DNA from: Clostridia bacterium
GTDB lineage: Bacteria > Bacillota > Clostridia > Oscillospirales > Acutalibacteraceae
NCBI GenBank assembly: GCA_017481865.1
Contig: JAFUOL010000002.1
Coordinates: 161 to 64,160 of the forward strand
Length of the DNA stretch: 64,000 nt
Reading direction: 5' to 3'
Of the stretch, positions 9,248-18,164 are shown piece after piece. How positions within the stretch are numbered: the first letter of the stretch is position 1; the number at the start of each line of letters is the position of its first letter. Below the pieces are notes generated by a model that saw nothing but the letters and a program-made list of their open reading frames with translations, was not told where the DNA came from and ran no database searches. Made by a program: the position numbers and the translations under genes.

Positions 9248-9820
9248 CTATTTTAAAAGCTTTGCCCAAAGCACAGCACCTATCTGCAAGGGGATACCGA
9301 TAAAGAGTATCTGCCATATATTGTAGTTAAAAAATTGCAAGGAAAGGCAGATAAGGAAAGACCATATAAGTACCGATACCAGCCAGAACAAAAGCCTGTG
9401 ACGGTTCCAAAGTGCATCAAACACTATGGTGACTATCATAGAGGCAGGTACCGCCCAGCAAAAGAGTATCCAGATTTTATAATCGCTGAAAATGTCTATA
9501 GCGGTGTAAAAAAGCAGAGCCACAAACCACACCGCCAAAACCGACAAAAGGGTTATAATAATCCTTTTTTTCCTTATTTCAGATGTTACGGAAACAGGTG
9601 TATCAGCTACCTTTTCTCCTACTATGTAGTCAAGACTAACGTTATATATTTTACTGATGCGGTGCAGTACATCAATACTCGGTACCGATTCACCGTTTTC
9701 CCATTTTGAAACCGCTTTATCCGAATAATTAAGCAATTTAGCAAGCTCTAATTGCGTAAGCTTATTGTTCTTTCGTAAAGCGGTAAGATTTTTAGCAATA
9801 ACAAAATTTAAATTTTCCAT
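9248..9820 (-). CDS. XRE-family HTH regulator fused to a C-terminal multi-helix membrane domain
   Basis: LTQLELAKLLNYSDKAVSKWENGESVPSIDVLHRISKIYNVSLDYIVG followed by about 4 hydrophobic helices. Confidence 0.8.
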   Translation of the reverse strand: MENLNFVIAKNLTALRKNNKLTQLELAKLLNYSDKAVSKWENGESVPSIDVLHRISKIYNVSLDYIVGEKVADTPVSVTSEIRKKRIIITLLSVLAVWFVALLFYTAIDIFSDYKIWILFCWAVPASMIVTIVFDALWNRHRLLFWLVSVLIWSFLICLSLQFFNYNIWQILFIGIPLQIGAVLWAKLLK

Positions 9821-9935
9821 GATATTATTATAACATAGCTTGCGTATTCAAGTCAAATAATAAAGTTTAAACTTTCCGTGAATGAAAAAAGCACACAAAA
9901 AGTGTGCTTTAAAACCGTATTGGTCGTTTTAATGA

Positions 9936-10232
9936 TTATTCAGCGCTTTCGCTGTTTTGCTCTTCACGCATTTTTGCGAAGCATTCGCTGCAGTATACCG
10001 GACGGTCGTCACGTGGCACGAAGGGAACGGTTGCTACACCTCCGCAAGCTGCGCATACAGCCTCATGCATCTCTCTGGGAGCTCTGCCTGCGTTCTTACG
10101 CTTGTCACGGCAGGGCTTGCAGCGCTGCGGTTCGTTTACAAAGCCTTTGGATTCGTAAAACTCCTGTTCTCTTGCAGTGAATACGAATTCCTCTCCGCAA
10201 TCTTTGCAAACTAATGTCTTGTCTTCAAACAT
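9936..10232 (-). CDS. Zinc-ribbon protein with duplicated CxxC...CxxC modules
   Basis: CKDCGEEFVFTAREQEFYESKGF...PQRCKPCR and CAACGGVATVPFVPRDDRPVYCSECF. Confidence 0.75.
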   Translation of the reverse strand: MFEDKTLVCKDCGEEFVFTAREQEFYESKGFVNEPQRCKPCRDKRKNAGRAPREMHEAVCAACGGVATVPFVPRDDRPVYCSECFAKMREEQNSESAE

Positions 10233-10351
10233 TTTTTTTACCTCTCTTGGTTGATAATTTTAGCCCTGGACGGAATTGATACCGACATCTTTGTTTTTCA
10301 ACGCTCTTCATTAAGCTACATGGGCATATATAAAAAGGGCAAAGCCTCTTT

Positions 10352-10915
10352 TTAACGTTTTAATTTTCTGCGTATCCGTGTAAGGGCATTGTTGACCGAT
10401 TTTTCGGTAATGCCAAGCCTTTCGGATATAGCGGAATACCGTTCTGACGAAAGGTAAAGCTGAAGCACCTTGAATTCCAAGGGGGAGAGCTCGAGCTTTA
10501 TATTGTCCGTAAAGTCCTTAAAATCCTCACGGTCAAAAAATATCTTTTCGGGGCTGTTGCAGTCGGCAATGTCAATATCGTCTATGGGGGACAACAGCTC
10601 GTCCGGAATATGCTTTAATCGCTGCTGACTTTTAAGCAGAGAAATCACCGAACGCTTTATGCAAAGTGAGGCAAATGTAGAAAAAGCCGACTTTGCCGAA
10701 TTGTAATTCTTTACAGCCGAGCACAGGGCAAAGCTTGCCTCCTGAATAGCATCCTCTAAAAGATTGGGGGGACAGTACTTACCTGCGTAATAATGTATTA
10801 CAGGGCTGTAGCGCTTTATTATAACGGGCAGCAGCTCATAGCCGCCATTGTTTATTTGTTCAATAATTTCGTCATCTGACAGATTTTCGTTATTTTCGAC
10901 AAAAGTATTTCTCAT
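10352..10915 (-). CDS. Sigma-70 family sigma factor, SigH-like
   Basis: FSTFASLCIKRSVISLLKSQQRLKHIP resembles the SigH region-2 end. C-terminal HTH YSAISERLGITEKSVNNALTRIRRKLK. Confidence 0.65.
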   Translation of the reverse strand: MRNTFVENNENLSDDEIIEQINNGGYELLPVIIKRYSPVIHYYAGKYCPPNLLEDAIQEASFALCSAVKNYNSAKSAFSTFASLCIKRSVISLLKSQQRLKHIPDELLSPIDDIDIADCNSPEKIFFDREDFKDFTDNIKLELSPLEFKVLQLYLSSERYSAISERLGITEKSVNNALTRIRRKLKR

Positions 10916-11051
10916 TTAACCCTCAAAACAGTACCAACTTGACAAGTGTACTTCAATGATAACTTATATTATTCCAAAAGTCAAGGAGAATTATTCACAA
11001 AAATAATGGCAGAAATGGAACAATTTTCACAATACATAGGGTAAAATATGA

Positions 11052-11092
11052 CAAAAAAAGCACTTTGAAAGAACAAATCCTCCAAAATGCTT
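11052..11092 (-). terminator. Rho-independent terminator after the DegV gene
   Basis: Minus strand AAGCATTTTG...CAAAGTGCTT stem (one mismatch) followed by TTTTTTG. Confidence 0.6.
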
Positions 11093-11108
11093 TAATTTTA
11101 CGAAATAT

Positions 11109-11978
11109 TTATCTTTGGGTGCCGATAAAGAATACCGCAAGTGTTCCGGGACCTGCATGGGCAGCGATAACGGGGTCTATCATATTATAAACGATATTTT
11201 TCACATTGTAGCGCTTTTTGATTTCATCAGCGAGGTAAAGAGCCTCGTCCTCACAGTCGCCGTGAACTATGAAAATATCCTGATGGGCTACATCTGTACC
11301 CCTTTCGCCTACGGAATTTATCAGATGCTCAAGTGCTGCCTTTCTGCCTCTTGCCTTGCCTGTAACGTAGAGCTTACCGTCATCCGCTACATGAAGCAGG
11401 GGTTTAATTCCCAAAAGCGTTCCGAAAACAGCGCTTGTACCCGAAAGCCTGCCGCCTCTTTTAAGGAATAGGAGATCGTCTATAGTAAAAACATGGCAGA
11501 TGGAAAGCTTATTCTTTTCAAGCCAGTCGGCAACCTCCTCCATGGATTTACCCTCATTTTTCAGCTTTACTGCATAATGTACTGCCATACCCTGACCTAA
11601 AGAGGCACAAAGGGTGTCTACTACGATAATTTTTCTGTCGGGGAACATTTCACGGTAATCCTCTGCCGCCAGCATAATATTCTGGCAGGTGCCTGAAAGT
11701 CCCGAGGAAAATGCCAAAACAAGCACATCCTCGCCGCTTTCAAGTATCGGCGGTATTACACGGTCGCAGTCCTCACGGGAAGCAAGGGAGGTAGTTATCA
11801 TAGTTTTTTCACGAAGCAGTCTGTAGGTTTCGGCGTAGTCGGTCTTTTTACCTTTGACAAAGCTGTCGAACTCACGGTCTTCGATGTAATATTTAAGGGA
11901 AAGAATTTCAACGCCGTATTCCTCAATCTGTTTGTCGGTAAGGTTTGCGCAGGAATCGGTAACTATTTTATAACTCAT
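11109..11978 (-). CDS. DegV-family fatty-acid-binding protein
   Basis: [13 protein letters not shown]-terminus and [12 protein letters not shown] motif; 289 aa. Confidence 0.9.
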   Translation of the reverse strand: MSYKIVTDSCANLTDKQIEEYGVEILSLKYYIEDREFDSFVKGKKTDYAETYRLLREKTMITTSLASREDCDRVIPPILESGEDVLVLAFSSGLSGTCQNIMLAAEDYREMFPDRKIIVVDTLCASLGQGMAVHYAVKLKNEGKSMEEVADWLEKNKLSICHVFTIDDLLFLKRGGRLSGTSAVFGTLLGIKPLLHVADDGKLYVTGKARGRKAALEHLINSVGERGTDVAHQDIFIVHGDCEDEALYLADEIKKRYNVKNIVYNMIDPVIAAHAGPGTLAVFFIGTQR

Positions 11979-12065
11979 ATAAAAGCTCCTTTTTTTAACG
12001 GTATTAAAATTATATTATCCTTTATTACCTTATTCAATCTAAACCTGAAAAAAGGATTTCCACGA

Positions 12066-12109
12066 TAAAAAAAGTTGCGGTAGAGTGAGAAAGCATAACT
12101 CTACCGCAA
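12066..12109 (-). terminator. Rho-independent terminator after the B12-riboswitch-controlled operon
   Basis: Minus strand TTGCGGTAGAGT...ACTCTACCGCAA 12-bp stem followed by a T-run. Confidence 0.8.
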
Positions 12110-12124
12110 GTGGAATTGGTTATA

Positions 12125-12643
12125 TTAAGCGGTTTTAAGTGCTCTGTCTAAGGCTTTCGTCAGCGGTCGGTAAAGAACCGCCGTTAAAATAAGGTTGCCT
12201 ATACAATGGAGTATATCATACCAAAAGCCCGAAATGATATAGGCTAACCCCAAAGATACTCCGCCTATCAAAAAGGAGGGTATGGAACAGAGTGTACCGA
12301 AAAGCAGACCGTAGATTGCCGCTACTAAGCTGTATACGGCGGCACTGTCAATTTTTCGGATAAAGAATATACTTAAGCAAAGTACAGCCCAAACGTATAA
12401 ATAATTAACCGCCCATTCAGAAAGACCGTAGGTAAGTATCTCGCACCCTACAAATGTATATACCGCATAAAAGGCTTTAAGACCGAATTTGCGTGTTGTA
12501 AGTATGATAAGTAGCGACACTATCTCGATATTGGGAAGACTCGACATTATTACCTGCGAAATATACATAAGCACTCCAAACATAATAAGGAGAAGCAGTT
12601 CAAAAAGCTTATGCCGGCGTGTTTGTGATTTCAAAGCTGTCAC
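12125..12643 (-). CDS. Small polytopic membrane protein, ECF S-component-like; candidate cobalamin-specific component (CbrT-like by context)
   Basis: 172 aa with 5-6 hydrophobic helices and an N-terminal TRRHKLFELLLLIMFGVLMYIS typical of S components. Second gene of the riboswitch-controlled unit; overlaps the upstream gene by 35 nt. Confidence 0.6.
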   Translation of the reverse strand: MTALKSQTRRHKLFELLLLIMFGVLMYISQVIMSSLPNIEIVSLLIILTTRKFGLKAFYAVYTFVGCEILTYGLSEWAVNYLYVWAVLCLSIFFIRKIDSAAVYSLVAAIYGLLFGTLCSIPSFLIGGVSLGLAYIISGFWYDILHCIGNLILTAVLYRPLTKALDRALKTA

Positions 12644-13007
12644 CGTCAGCGATAGGCTGTTCGTTCATACCTACGCTTGTCATCTCGCCGTCTTTTGTTA
12701 CGCACCACCAACTGCCGTCCAGCGTATAGTCGGCTCTTTCGCCTGCGATATAGGTGTACATACCGTCGTTCGCCTCATATTCCTCCGCTTTTAAAAGCCC
12801 TTCCTCATTAAGCGCATCGGCTAAATACTCGGCATCGGTTTTGATTTCGTATTCTTTTTCGCTTTCATCGGCAAATACTACCGTAACATTGACAGTTTTA
12901 CTGCCCGTTTCGGTTTCGGGTCTTGTGGCGATAAAAATTCCTGCAAATACCGCTGCTATCACGGCAAGAGCTACCGCTAAACCTACAACTAACTTTTTGT
13001 TCTTCAT
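12609..13007 (-). CDS. DUF4430-domain secreted/anchored protein (transcobalamin-like fold family)
   Basis: Signal/anchor MKNKKLVVGLAVALAVIAAVFAG and C-terminal DGSWWCVTKDGEMTSVGMNEQPIADGDSFEI motif. First gene after the cobalamin riboswitch. Confidence 0.7.
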   Translation of the reverse strand: MKNKKLVVGLAVALAVIAAVFAGIFIATRPETETGSKTVNVTVVFADESEKEYEIKTDAEYLADALNEEGLLKAEEYEANDGMYTYIAGERADYTLDGSWWCVTKDGEMTSVGMNEQPIADGDSFEITNTPA

Positions 13008-13057
13008 AAAAAAACTTCCTTTGTATTGTTACTTTAGCAGTATCAATACAAAGGAAG
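13008..13057 (-). terminator. Expression-platform terminator of the cobalamin riboswitch; it also buries the SD
   Basis: Minus strand CTTCCTTTGTATTG...CAATACAAAGGAAG 14-bp stem followed by TTTTTTT and then directly ATG 13007. Confidence 0.8.
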
Positions 13058-13146
13058 TGAATGTAAAAGATATTTAAGCGCCGCAATACCCAACGTCTTA
13101 AAGCTTGTACATCCGCTAATTACTCGTAGCACCCTTGTACCGACAG

Positions 13147-13324
13147 CTGACGGCGAGTATTCCGACTTATTATGTGAGCTTCGGGCAAGCTCTCGGGTTT
13201 TTGCCTTCCCATACAAGGTACAGTGACATAATAAAAACCCTCATAAATTACGGCGACGAGTTCGCAGAGGAATTTCACCTCTATTCCGGTTTAAACCTTG
13301 ACCTTAAGGAAAAGGTACCGTCAA
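13147..13324 (-). promoter_or_regulatory. Cobalamin (AdoCbl-type) riboswitch aptamer
   Basis: Minus-strand RNA has a P1 TTGACGG/CCGTCAG, GGTGAAATTCC, GTCGCCGTAA, GTCACTG...GGGAAGGC and a B12-box-like AAGTCGGAATACTCGCCG. Judged by eye against the remembered consensus. Confidence 0.75.
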
Positions 13325-13342
13325 CCTTTGCTAAGCGGTATT

Positions 13343-13371
13343 ATTGTATCACTGACTATACAACTTGTCAA
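13343..13371 (-). promoter_or_regulatory. Consensus sigma-A promoter driving the cobalamin riboswitch
   Basis: Minus strand TTGACA (13366-13371), 17-nt spacer, TACAAT (13343-13348). Overlaps the ABC-F stop codon. Confidence 0.7.
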
Positions 13372-15269
13372 GCGTTTTCCAGTGCTTCCTCGCAAAGCTT
13401 TTCCCATTCGCTCATAGCGATGTCAAGCTCGGTCTGTACTTCCTCCTGCTCCTTTTGCAGTTCGGAAAGCTTTATATAATCTGTTAGGTTTTCAGGAAGT
13501 CCCAGCTCTGTATTTATTCCGTCCAACTTTTCCTCTAACAGAGCGATTTTTTCCTCTGCTTTATTTATTGCCCTTTCCCGTTTTGCTTTTTCCTTTAAGG
13601 GGGTGGTGTAGGTCTTTTTAACCTTTTCGGCTTTTTCCGTTTTTTTCTGCATTTCGGGCACAGGAGCGTTTTTCATTTGTAAATACTGGCTGTAGCCATA
13701 AGGAAAATGCTGAACACCGTTATCACTGAAGTAAAGCAGACTGTCGGCGATTTTGCTTATAAAGTAGCGGTCGTGGGATACGAAAATAAGTGTACCGCTG
13801 AAGCTTTTAAGCATATCCTCAAGGGTCTCCTTTCCTACAATATCCATGTGGTTTGTAGGCTCGTCCAGTATCAGGAAATTGGGACGTTTTTTAAGAATTT
13901 TGCAAAGAGCCAAACGCACCCTTTCACCGCCCGAGAGCATATTTACGGTTTTGAAAACCTCCTCACCGCTGAAAAGGAAAGCGCCTAAAGCACTTCGTGC
14001 CTCAAATTCGGTAAGATGAGGGTAGTAGGACATAAAATCATCAAGCACCGTACTGTCCGAAGTATATTGCGCCATCTGCTGGTCGAAATAGCCGATAGTA
14101 GCTCTCGGTGCGAATTTATATTCGCCCGAAATAGGTCTGACGTGCCCCATAAGGGTTTTAATAAAGGTGGATTTTCCAAGACCGTTTCCGCCGATTATAC
14201 CTATTCTGTCCCCCTGCTTTACTTCAAGACTTACGGTGGATAAAGGCTTATCGAAGCCTATGCAAAGCTCCTTTACGCTAAGCATATCCTTAACCCCTAA
14301 GTCATCGGGCTCAAAATCGGCATGAAAGGTGCGCAAATCGTAAGCTTGCGGAGCCTCTATGGGCACCATTCGTTCAATAGCTTTAAGCTTTGACTGTGCC
14401 ATAGCCGCCTTTGTAGCCTTGTATCGGAATTTATCCGCCAAATCCTGTAGCCGCTTTATTTCTTTTTGCTGAGACTCGTATTCCTTTTGCTGTTGCTCAC
14501 GTAAAAGCTTTTTAGCCTCACAAAATGCGGTATAATTACCTACGTAATGAAAGGTTTTACCGTACTCTATTTCGTAAACTTCTTTTGCCACATTGTCAAG
14601 GAACATACGGTCATGAGATACCACAACAAAAGCCTTTTTGTATTCTTTAAGGTATTCCTCAAGCCAAAGGGTAGCCTCAATATCCAAATGGTTTGTAGGC
14701 TCGTCCAATAAAAGAATATCAGGCTTTGAAAGCAAAAGCTTTAAAAATGCTATTTTGGTGCGCTGACCGCCCGAAAATTCCGAAAGTCGGCGGTGCTTTT
14801 CCTCATCGCTAAAGCCGAATTTCTTTATAGCCGCCTCGTATTCCTTTTCAAAGTAAAAGCCGCCCAAATTATTAAAGGTATCCAAAAGATTGGTATAAGC
14901 TTTAATGTTTTCCTCTGTTTGTGACTGCTCCATTTTCTCCTGTGCTAATAAAAGCTCGGCTTTTAGGGATAAAATTTCGGAATAGGCACTGCGTATTTCC
15001 TGAATTAAGGTTGCATTATCGTCCTTAAAAGTCATTTGGGATAAAACGCCTATTTTAGGTGTACCCGATAGTGCAAAAAATGCGGATGTATCACTGTCCT
15101 GCTTAGAAATGGTATATTCCCCTGAAATAAGCTTTAAAAGCGTAGTCTTACCGCAACCGTTTCTGCCTACGACGGCAATATGACTTTGGTCGTTTATTTC
15201 AATATTAACCTTACTTAAAATCGCCTCGCCCGAAAGCTCAACAACTCCGTTTTGTATTTTTAACTGCAT
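13368..15269 (-). CDS. ABC-F family ATPase (two NBDs, no TMD, C-terminal coiled coil)
   Basis: Walker A GRNGCGKTT and GGNGLGKST. Signatures FSGGQRTKIAF and LSGGERVRLAL. Short Lys/Glu-rich inter-domain linker. Confidence 0.9.
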   Translation of the reverse strand: MQLKIQNGVVELSGEAILSKVNIEINDQSHIAVVGRNGCGKTTLLKLISGEYTISKQDSDTSAFFALSGTPKIGVLSQMTFKDDNATLIQEIRSAYSEILSLKAELLLAQEKMEQSQTEENIKAYTNLLDTFNNLGGFYFEKEYEAAIKKFGFSDEEKHRRLSEFSGGQRTKIAFLKLLLSKPDILLLDEPTNHLDIEATLWLEEYLKEYKKAFVVVSHDRMFLDNVAKEVYEIEYGKTFHYVGNYTAFCEAKKLLREQQQKEYESQQKEIKRLQDLADKFRYKATKAAMAQSKLKAIERMVPIEAPQAYDLRTFHADFEPDDLGVKDMLSVKELCIGFDKPLSTVSLEVKQGDRIGIIGGNGLGKSTFIKTLMGHVRPISGEYKFAPRATIGYFDQQMAQYTSDSTVLDDFMSYYPHLTEFEARSALGAFLFSGEEVFKTVNMLSGGERVRLALCKILKKRPNFLILDEPTNHMDIVGKETLEDMLKSFSGTLIFVSHDRYFISKIADSLLYFSDNGVQHFPYGYSQYLQMKNAPVPEMQKKTEKAEKVKKTYTTPLKEKAKRERAINKAEEKIALLEEKLDGINTELGLPENLTDYIKLSELQKEQEEVQTELDIAMSEWEKLCEEALENA

Positions 15270-15303
15270 TTTTCAACCTCATCATACGGCAGTCTTTATA
15301 ATA

Positions 15304-16473
15304 TTATTCTGTTATTTCTGCTGTTTCGGATTTTTCTGCCTTTTTAGCGTGCGCATAGTCTACCGCCTCTTTTAGCAGTACGAATAATACAGCGCTTGTG
15401 GGAACGGCTATAAGTGTGCCGAGTATGCCGCCGATATTTCCGCCTAAAAGCACCGCACTTACTACGATAACACCCGGTAATCCTACCGCTTTTCCCACTA
15501 CTCTGGGATAAATTAAATTACCCTCTATTTGCTGGAGTACAAGGAAAAATACCACAAAAAGCAAAGCCTTAATAGGACTGGTAATAACTATCAGCAAAAA
15601 GCCTATAACAACACCTATGGTAGCGCCCACGATCGGTACTAAAGCCGTTACGCATATAAGCACCGAAATAATAAGTGCATTGGGAAAACGGAAAACAGTC
15701 ATACCTATAAAGCAAAGAGCGCCTAAAATAAGAGCTTCTGTAAGCTGGCCGCCTATGAATTTTGAAAAACAGCCGTATGTCCTGTCCGACACGTGATATA
15801 TAAGCCTTGTACCTTTTTCGGGGATAAATGCGTTAATAACACGCTTTACAAATGCACCTATTCTTTCCTTTTGGGCTAAAATATAAACCGAGATTACAAT
15901 ACTGAAAAGACCGTCAAAAACACCTGAGAAAACCGAGGTGGTGATATTAACGGCATCGCCGAAAATCTTGCCCGAATAGCCCGAAAGCCATTCTATTACT
16001 GCATTTCCTGCCGCCGACCAGTTAATTTTGATTTCGGGCAGGTCTACTTCGCTCAGATTGAATTTACGGAGCATATCCTCTATCCAAATTTGAGCATTAA
16101 CCACAAAGGCAGGAAGCTTTTCAACAAGGTACTTTACGGTATCAATTATATCGGGAATGATTACCAAAATCAAAATCGCAACAACGCCGAAGGCTATAAG
16201 ATAGGTAAGTACAAGGCATAAAGGCCGTTTAAGCTTTAAAACTATCCTTTTACGGCTCTTGTCCATAAACTTAAATACCTTGGTTTCAAGCGCCGTCAGC
16301 AGTACGTTAAGCACAAAGGCAATGCAAAGAGCGGCAATTATGGGTGAAAAAACCGAGAATATCTTTGAAATAAACCCGAGTATTCCGCCCAAGTTCTGAA
16401 ATGCGGAAAAAATCAACGCACCGCAGAATATGATAATAAGAATTTTTTTGATGTTTTTGGAGTTTAGTTCCAT
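15304..16473 (-). CDS. AI-2E family transporter (PerM/UPF0118)
   Basis: 389 aa with about 8 TM helices and FIGGQLTEALILGALCFIGM...LVPIVGATIG core. Confidence 0.8.
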   Translation of the reverse strand: MELNSKNIKKILIIIFCGALIFSAFQNLGGILGFISKIFSVFSPIIAALCIAFVLNVLLTALETKVFKFMDKSRKRIVLKLKRPLCLVLTYLIAFGVVAILILVIIPDIIDTVKYLVEKLPAFVVNAQIWIEDMLRKFNLSEVDLPEIKINWSAAGNAVIEWLSGYSGKIFGDAVNITTSVFSGVFDGLFSIVISVYILAQKERIGAFVKRVINAFIPEKGTRLIYHVSDRTYGCFSKFIGGQLTEALILGALCFIGMTVFRFPNALIISVLICVTALVPIVGATIGVVIGFLLIVITSPIKALLFVVFFLVLQQIEGNLIYPRVVGKAVGLPGVIVVSAVLLGGNIGGILGTLIAVPTSAVLFVLLKEAVDYAHAKKAEKSETAEITE

Positions 16474-16496
16474 ATAATTTATCTCCGTTCCGCCGC

Positions 16497-16536
16497 AAAA
16501 AAATAAGTCCGCAGCAATACGCTACAGACTTATTTT
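16497..16536 (-). terminator. Rho-independent terminator after the oadB/small-ORF unit
   Basis: Minus strand AAGTCTGTAGC gtatt GCTGCGGACTT stem (2 G-U pairs) followed by ATTTTTTTG. Confidence 0.7.
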
Positions 16537-16563
16537 ACCATAATTCAGTATAAAATCAAGAAA

Positions 16564-16710
16564 TTATTTGTCCTTTTTATCTGAGAATATCTTGTTGAGT
16601 ATAACGGTAGATAAAATAATTACACCCATAACAATGAATATACTTATCATGCCTACAAGAAGATAGTCTATATTTTGAATGAAAGCCAAAGGATTGAATT
16701 TATTAAACAT
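16564..16710 (-). CDS. 48-aa single-TM protein, possibly an OadG-like small subunit (below the ORF-track size cutoff)
   Basis: ATG 16710 preceded by AGGAGGAA. Translation MFNKFNPLAFIQNIDYLLVGMISIFIVMGVIILSTVILNKIFSDKKDK. Starts 19 nt after the oadB stop. Confidence 0.5.
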   Translation of the reverse strand: MFNKFNPLAFIQNIDYLLVGMISIFIVMGVIILSTVILNKIFSDKKDK

Positions 16711-16729
16711 TTGTGTTCCTCCTCTTATG

Positions 16730-17854
16730 TTACATAAAGAAGTTGAGAATAAGACCGCCCGCTATAACAGAGGCTATCTGACCCGAAACGTTAACACCGA
16801 TAGAGTGCATCAGTAGGAAGTTCTGGGGGTCCTCCTGGAGTCCCATCTTATGAACAACACGGCCCGACATGGGGAATGCTGAGATACCGGCTGCTCCTAT
16901 CATGGGGTTTATTTTCTTGTCTTTATTTAAGAAAAGATTGAGGAATTTTGCAAATACAACACCGAAAGCGGTATCGAAAATAAATGCGAAAAGACCTAAT
17001 CCTAAGATAAGCAGGGTTGCAGGCTGAAGGAATTTTTCTGCCTGCATCTGACATGCAATGGTTAAACCTAAGAATATTGTAATAAGGTTTGCAAGTACAT
17101 TTTGCGCAGTATCCGAAAGGGAGTTAAGCACACCGCACTCTCTGATAAGGTTGCCGAACATCAAAAAACCAATAAGGGAAACGGATTCAGGGGCAACGAT
17201 ACCAGCAATTACAGTGATAATGATGGGGAAAAGTATCTTAGTAAGCTTGGAAACGCTCTTTGCAGAATAAGGCATACGGATAAGACGTTCCTTCTTGGTT
17301 GTGAGCAGCTTGATAACAGGGGGCTGAATAATGGGCACTAAAGCCATATAGGAATAAGCGGCAACCATTATAGCTCCGGTAAAGTTGGAATTTAATTTCT
17401 GTGAAACAACAATAGCCGTTGGACCGTCTGCCGCACCTATAATACCGATAGAAGCAGCATCATTAAGGTCAAAGAACATAGAGGCTACGCAGAAGGTAAA
17501 GAATATACCGAACTGAGCGGCGGCGCCGAATATCATCAGCTTAGGGTTGGAAAGAAGAGGACCGAAGTCTATCATAGCGCCTATACCGATAAAGAGTATC
17601 AGAGGGAACAGCTCATTGCTGATACCTGCATTAAATAGGGTTGTAAGCGCACCCTCCCCACCGATAGCTCCCGAAAGGGGTATGTTTACAAGTATTGTTC
17701 CGAAGCCTAAGGGCAAAAGCAGGGTAGGCTCCATTTCGTAGCGAATGGCAAGGAATATAAGCACACCGCCTATTATCCACATCACTACATAGCGCCAATC
17801 AGCGAGAAGGGAAATATTCTCAACCAAAAAGCTTAGTTTTTCTAAGATTTCCAT
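16730..17854 (-). CDS. Sodium-ion-translocating decarboxylase beta subunit (OadB/GcdB/MmdB family)
   Basis: MEILEKL...WRYVVMWIIGGVLIFLAIRYEMEPTLLLPLGFGTILVNIP and about 9 TM helices. Start moved to ATG 17854 (AGAAAGG SD) from the ORF-track 17890. Confidence 0.88.
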   Translation of the reverse strand: MEILEKLSFLVENISLLADWRYVVMWIIGGVLIFLAIRYEMEPTLLLPLGFGTILVNIPLSGAIGGEGALTTLFNAGISNELFPLILFIGIGAMIDFGPLLSNPKLMIFGAAAQFGIFFTFCVASMFFDLNDAASIGIIGAADGPTAIVVSQKLNSNFTGAIMVAAYSYMALVPIIQPPVIKLLTTKKERLIRMPYSAKSVSKLTKILFPIIITVIAGIVAPESVSLIGFLMFGNLIRECGVLNSLSDTAQNVLANLITIFLGLTIACQMQAEKFLQPATLLILGLGLFAFIFDTAFGVVFAKFLNLFLNKDKKINPMIGAAGISAFPMSGRVVHKMGLQEDPQNFLLMHSIGVNVSGQIASVIAGGLILNFFM

Positions 17855-18006
17855 TAGTTTCAACCTTTCTTTTATTATTGGGAGCAACAAAAAAGACCTT
17901 TACCGTGGTATACACGGTAAAAGTCTTGCCGTTTAATGCAAAAGCGGGGTTTTACCCGTATTGACGCAATTTGCAACGATAAATCGTCGGCTACTCCCTT
18001 AAACCG
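17855..18006 (-). promoter_or_regulatory. Structured 5' leader with intrinsic terminator (17889-17925) and competing antiterminator; unknown class
   Basis: Minus strand GACTTTTACCGTG tatac CACGGTAAAGGTC then TTTTTTG, 35 nt before the start codon. Upstream ACGGGTAAAA can pair with TTTTACCGT of the terminator and also lies inside a GCG...GGGtaaaaCCCCGC hairpin. Confidence 0.45.
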
Positions 18007-18012
18007 AAAAAG

Positions 18013-18041
18013 ATAATAACACAAATTTTTCTAAAAATCAA
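18013..18041 (-). promoter_or_regulatory. Sigma-A promoter for the oadB leader
   Basis: Minus strand TTGATT (18036-18041), 17-nt spacer, TGT-TATTAT (18013-18018). Confidence 0.55.
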
Positions 18042-18099
18042 GTAAAATGTTAACAAAAGGTTAACTAATGCCCAAAAGCTATAAACTGCATATTTGTAA

Positions 18100-18128
18100 T
18101 TGACTTTACGAAGGGTTTAAGGTAAAAT
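18100..18128 (+). promoter_or_regulatory. Sigma-A promoter for pyrH-frr
   Basis: TTGACT (18100-18105), 17-nt spacer, TAAAAT (18123-18128). Confidence 0.55.
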
Positions 18129-18164
18129 ATAAAATAATGAAATATTGTTTTTGAGGTGTAAGTT

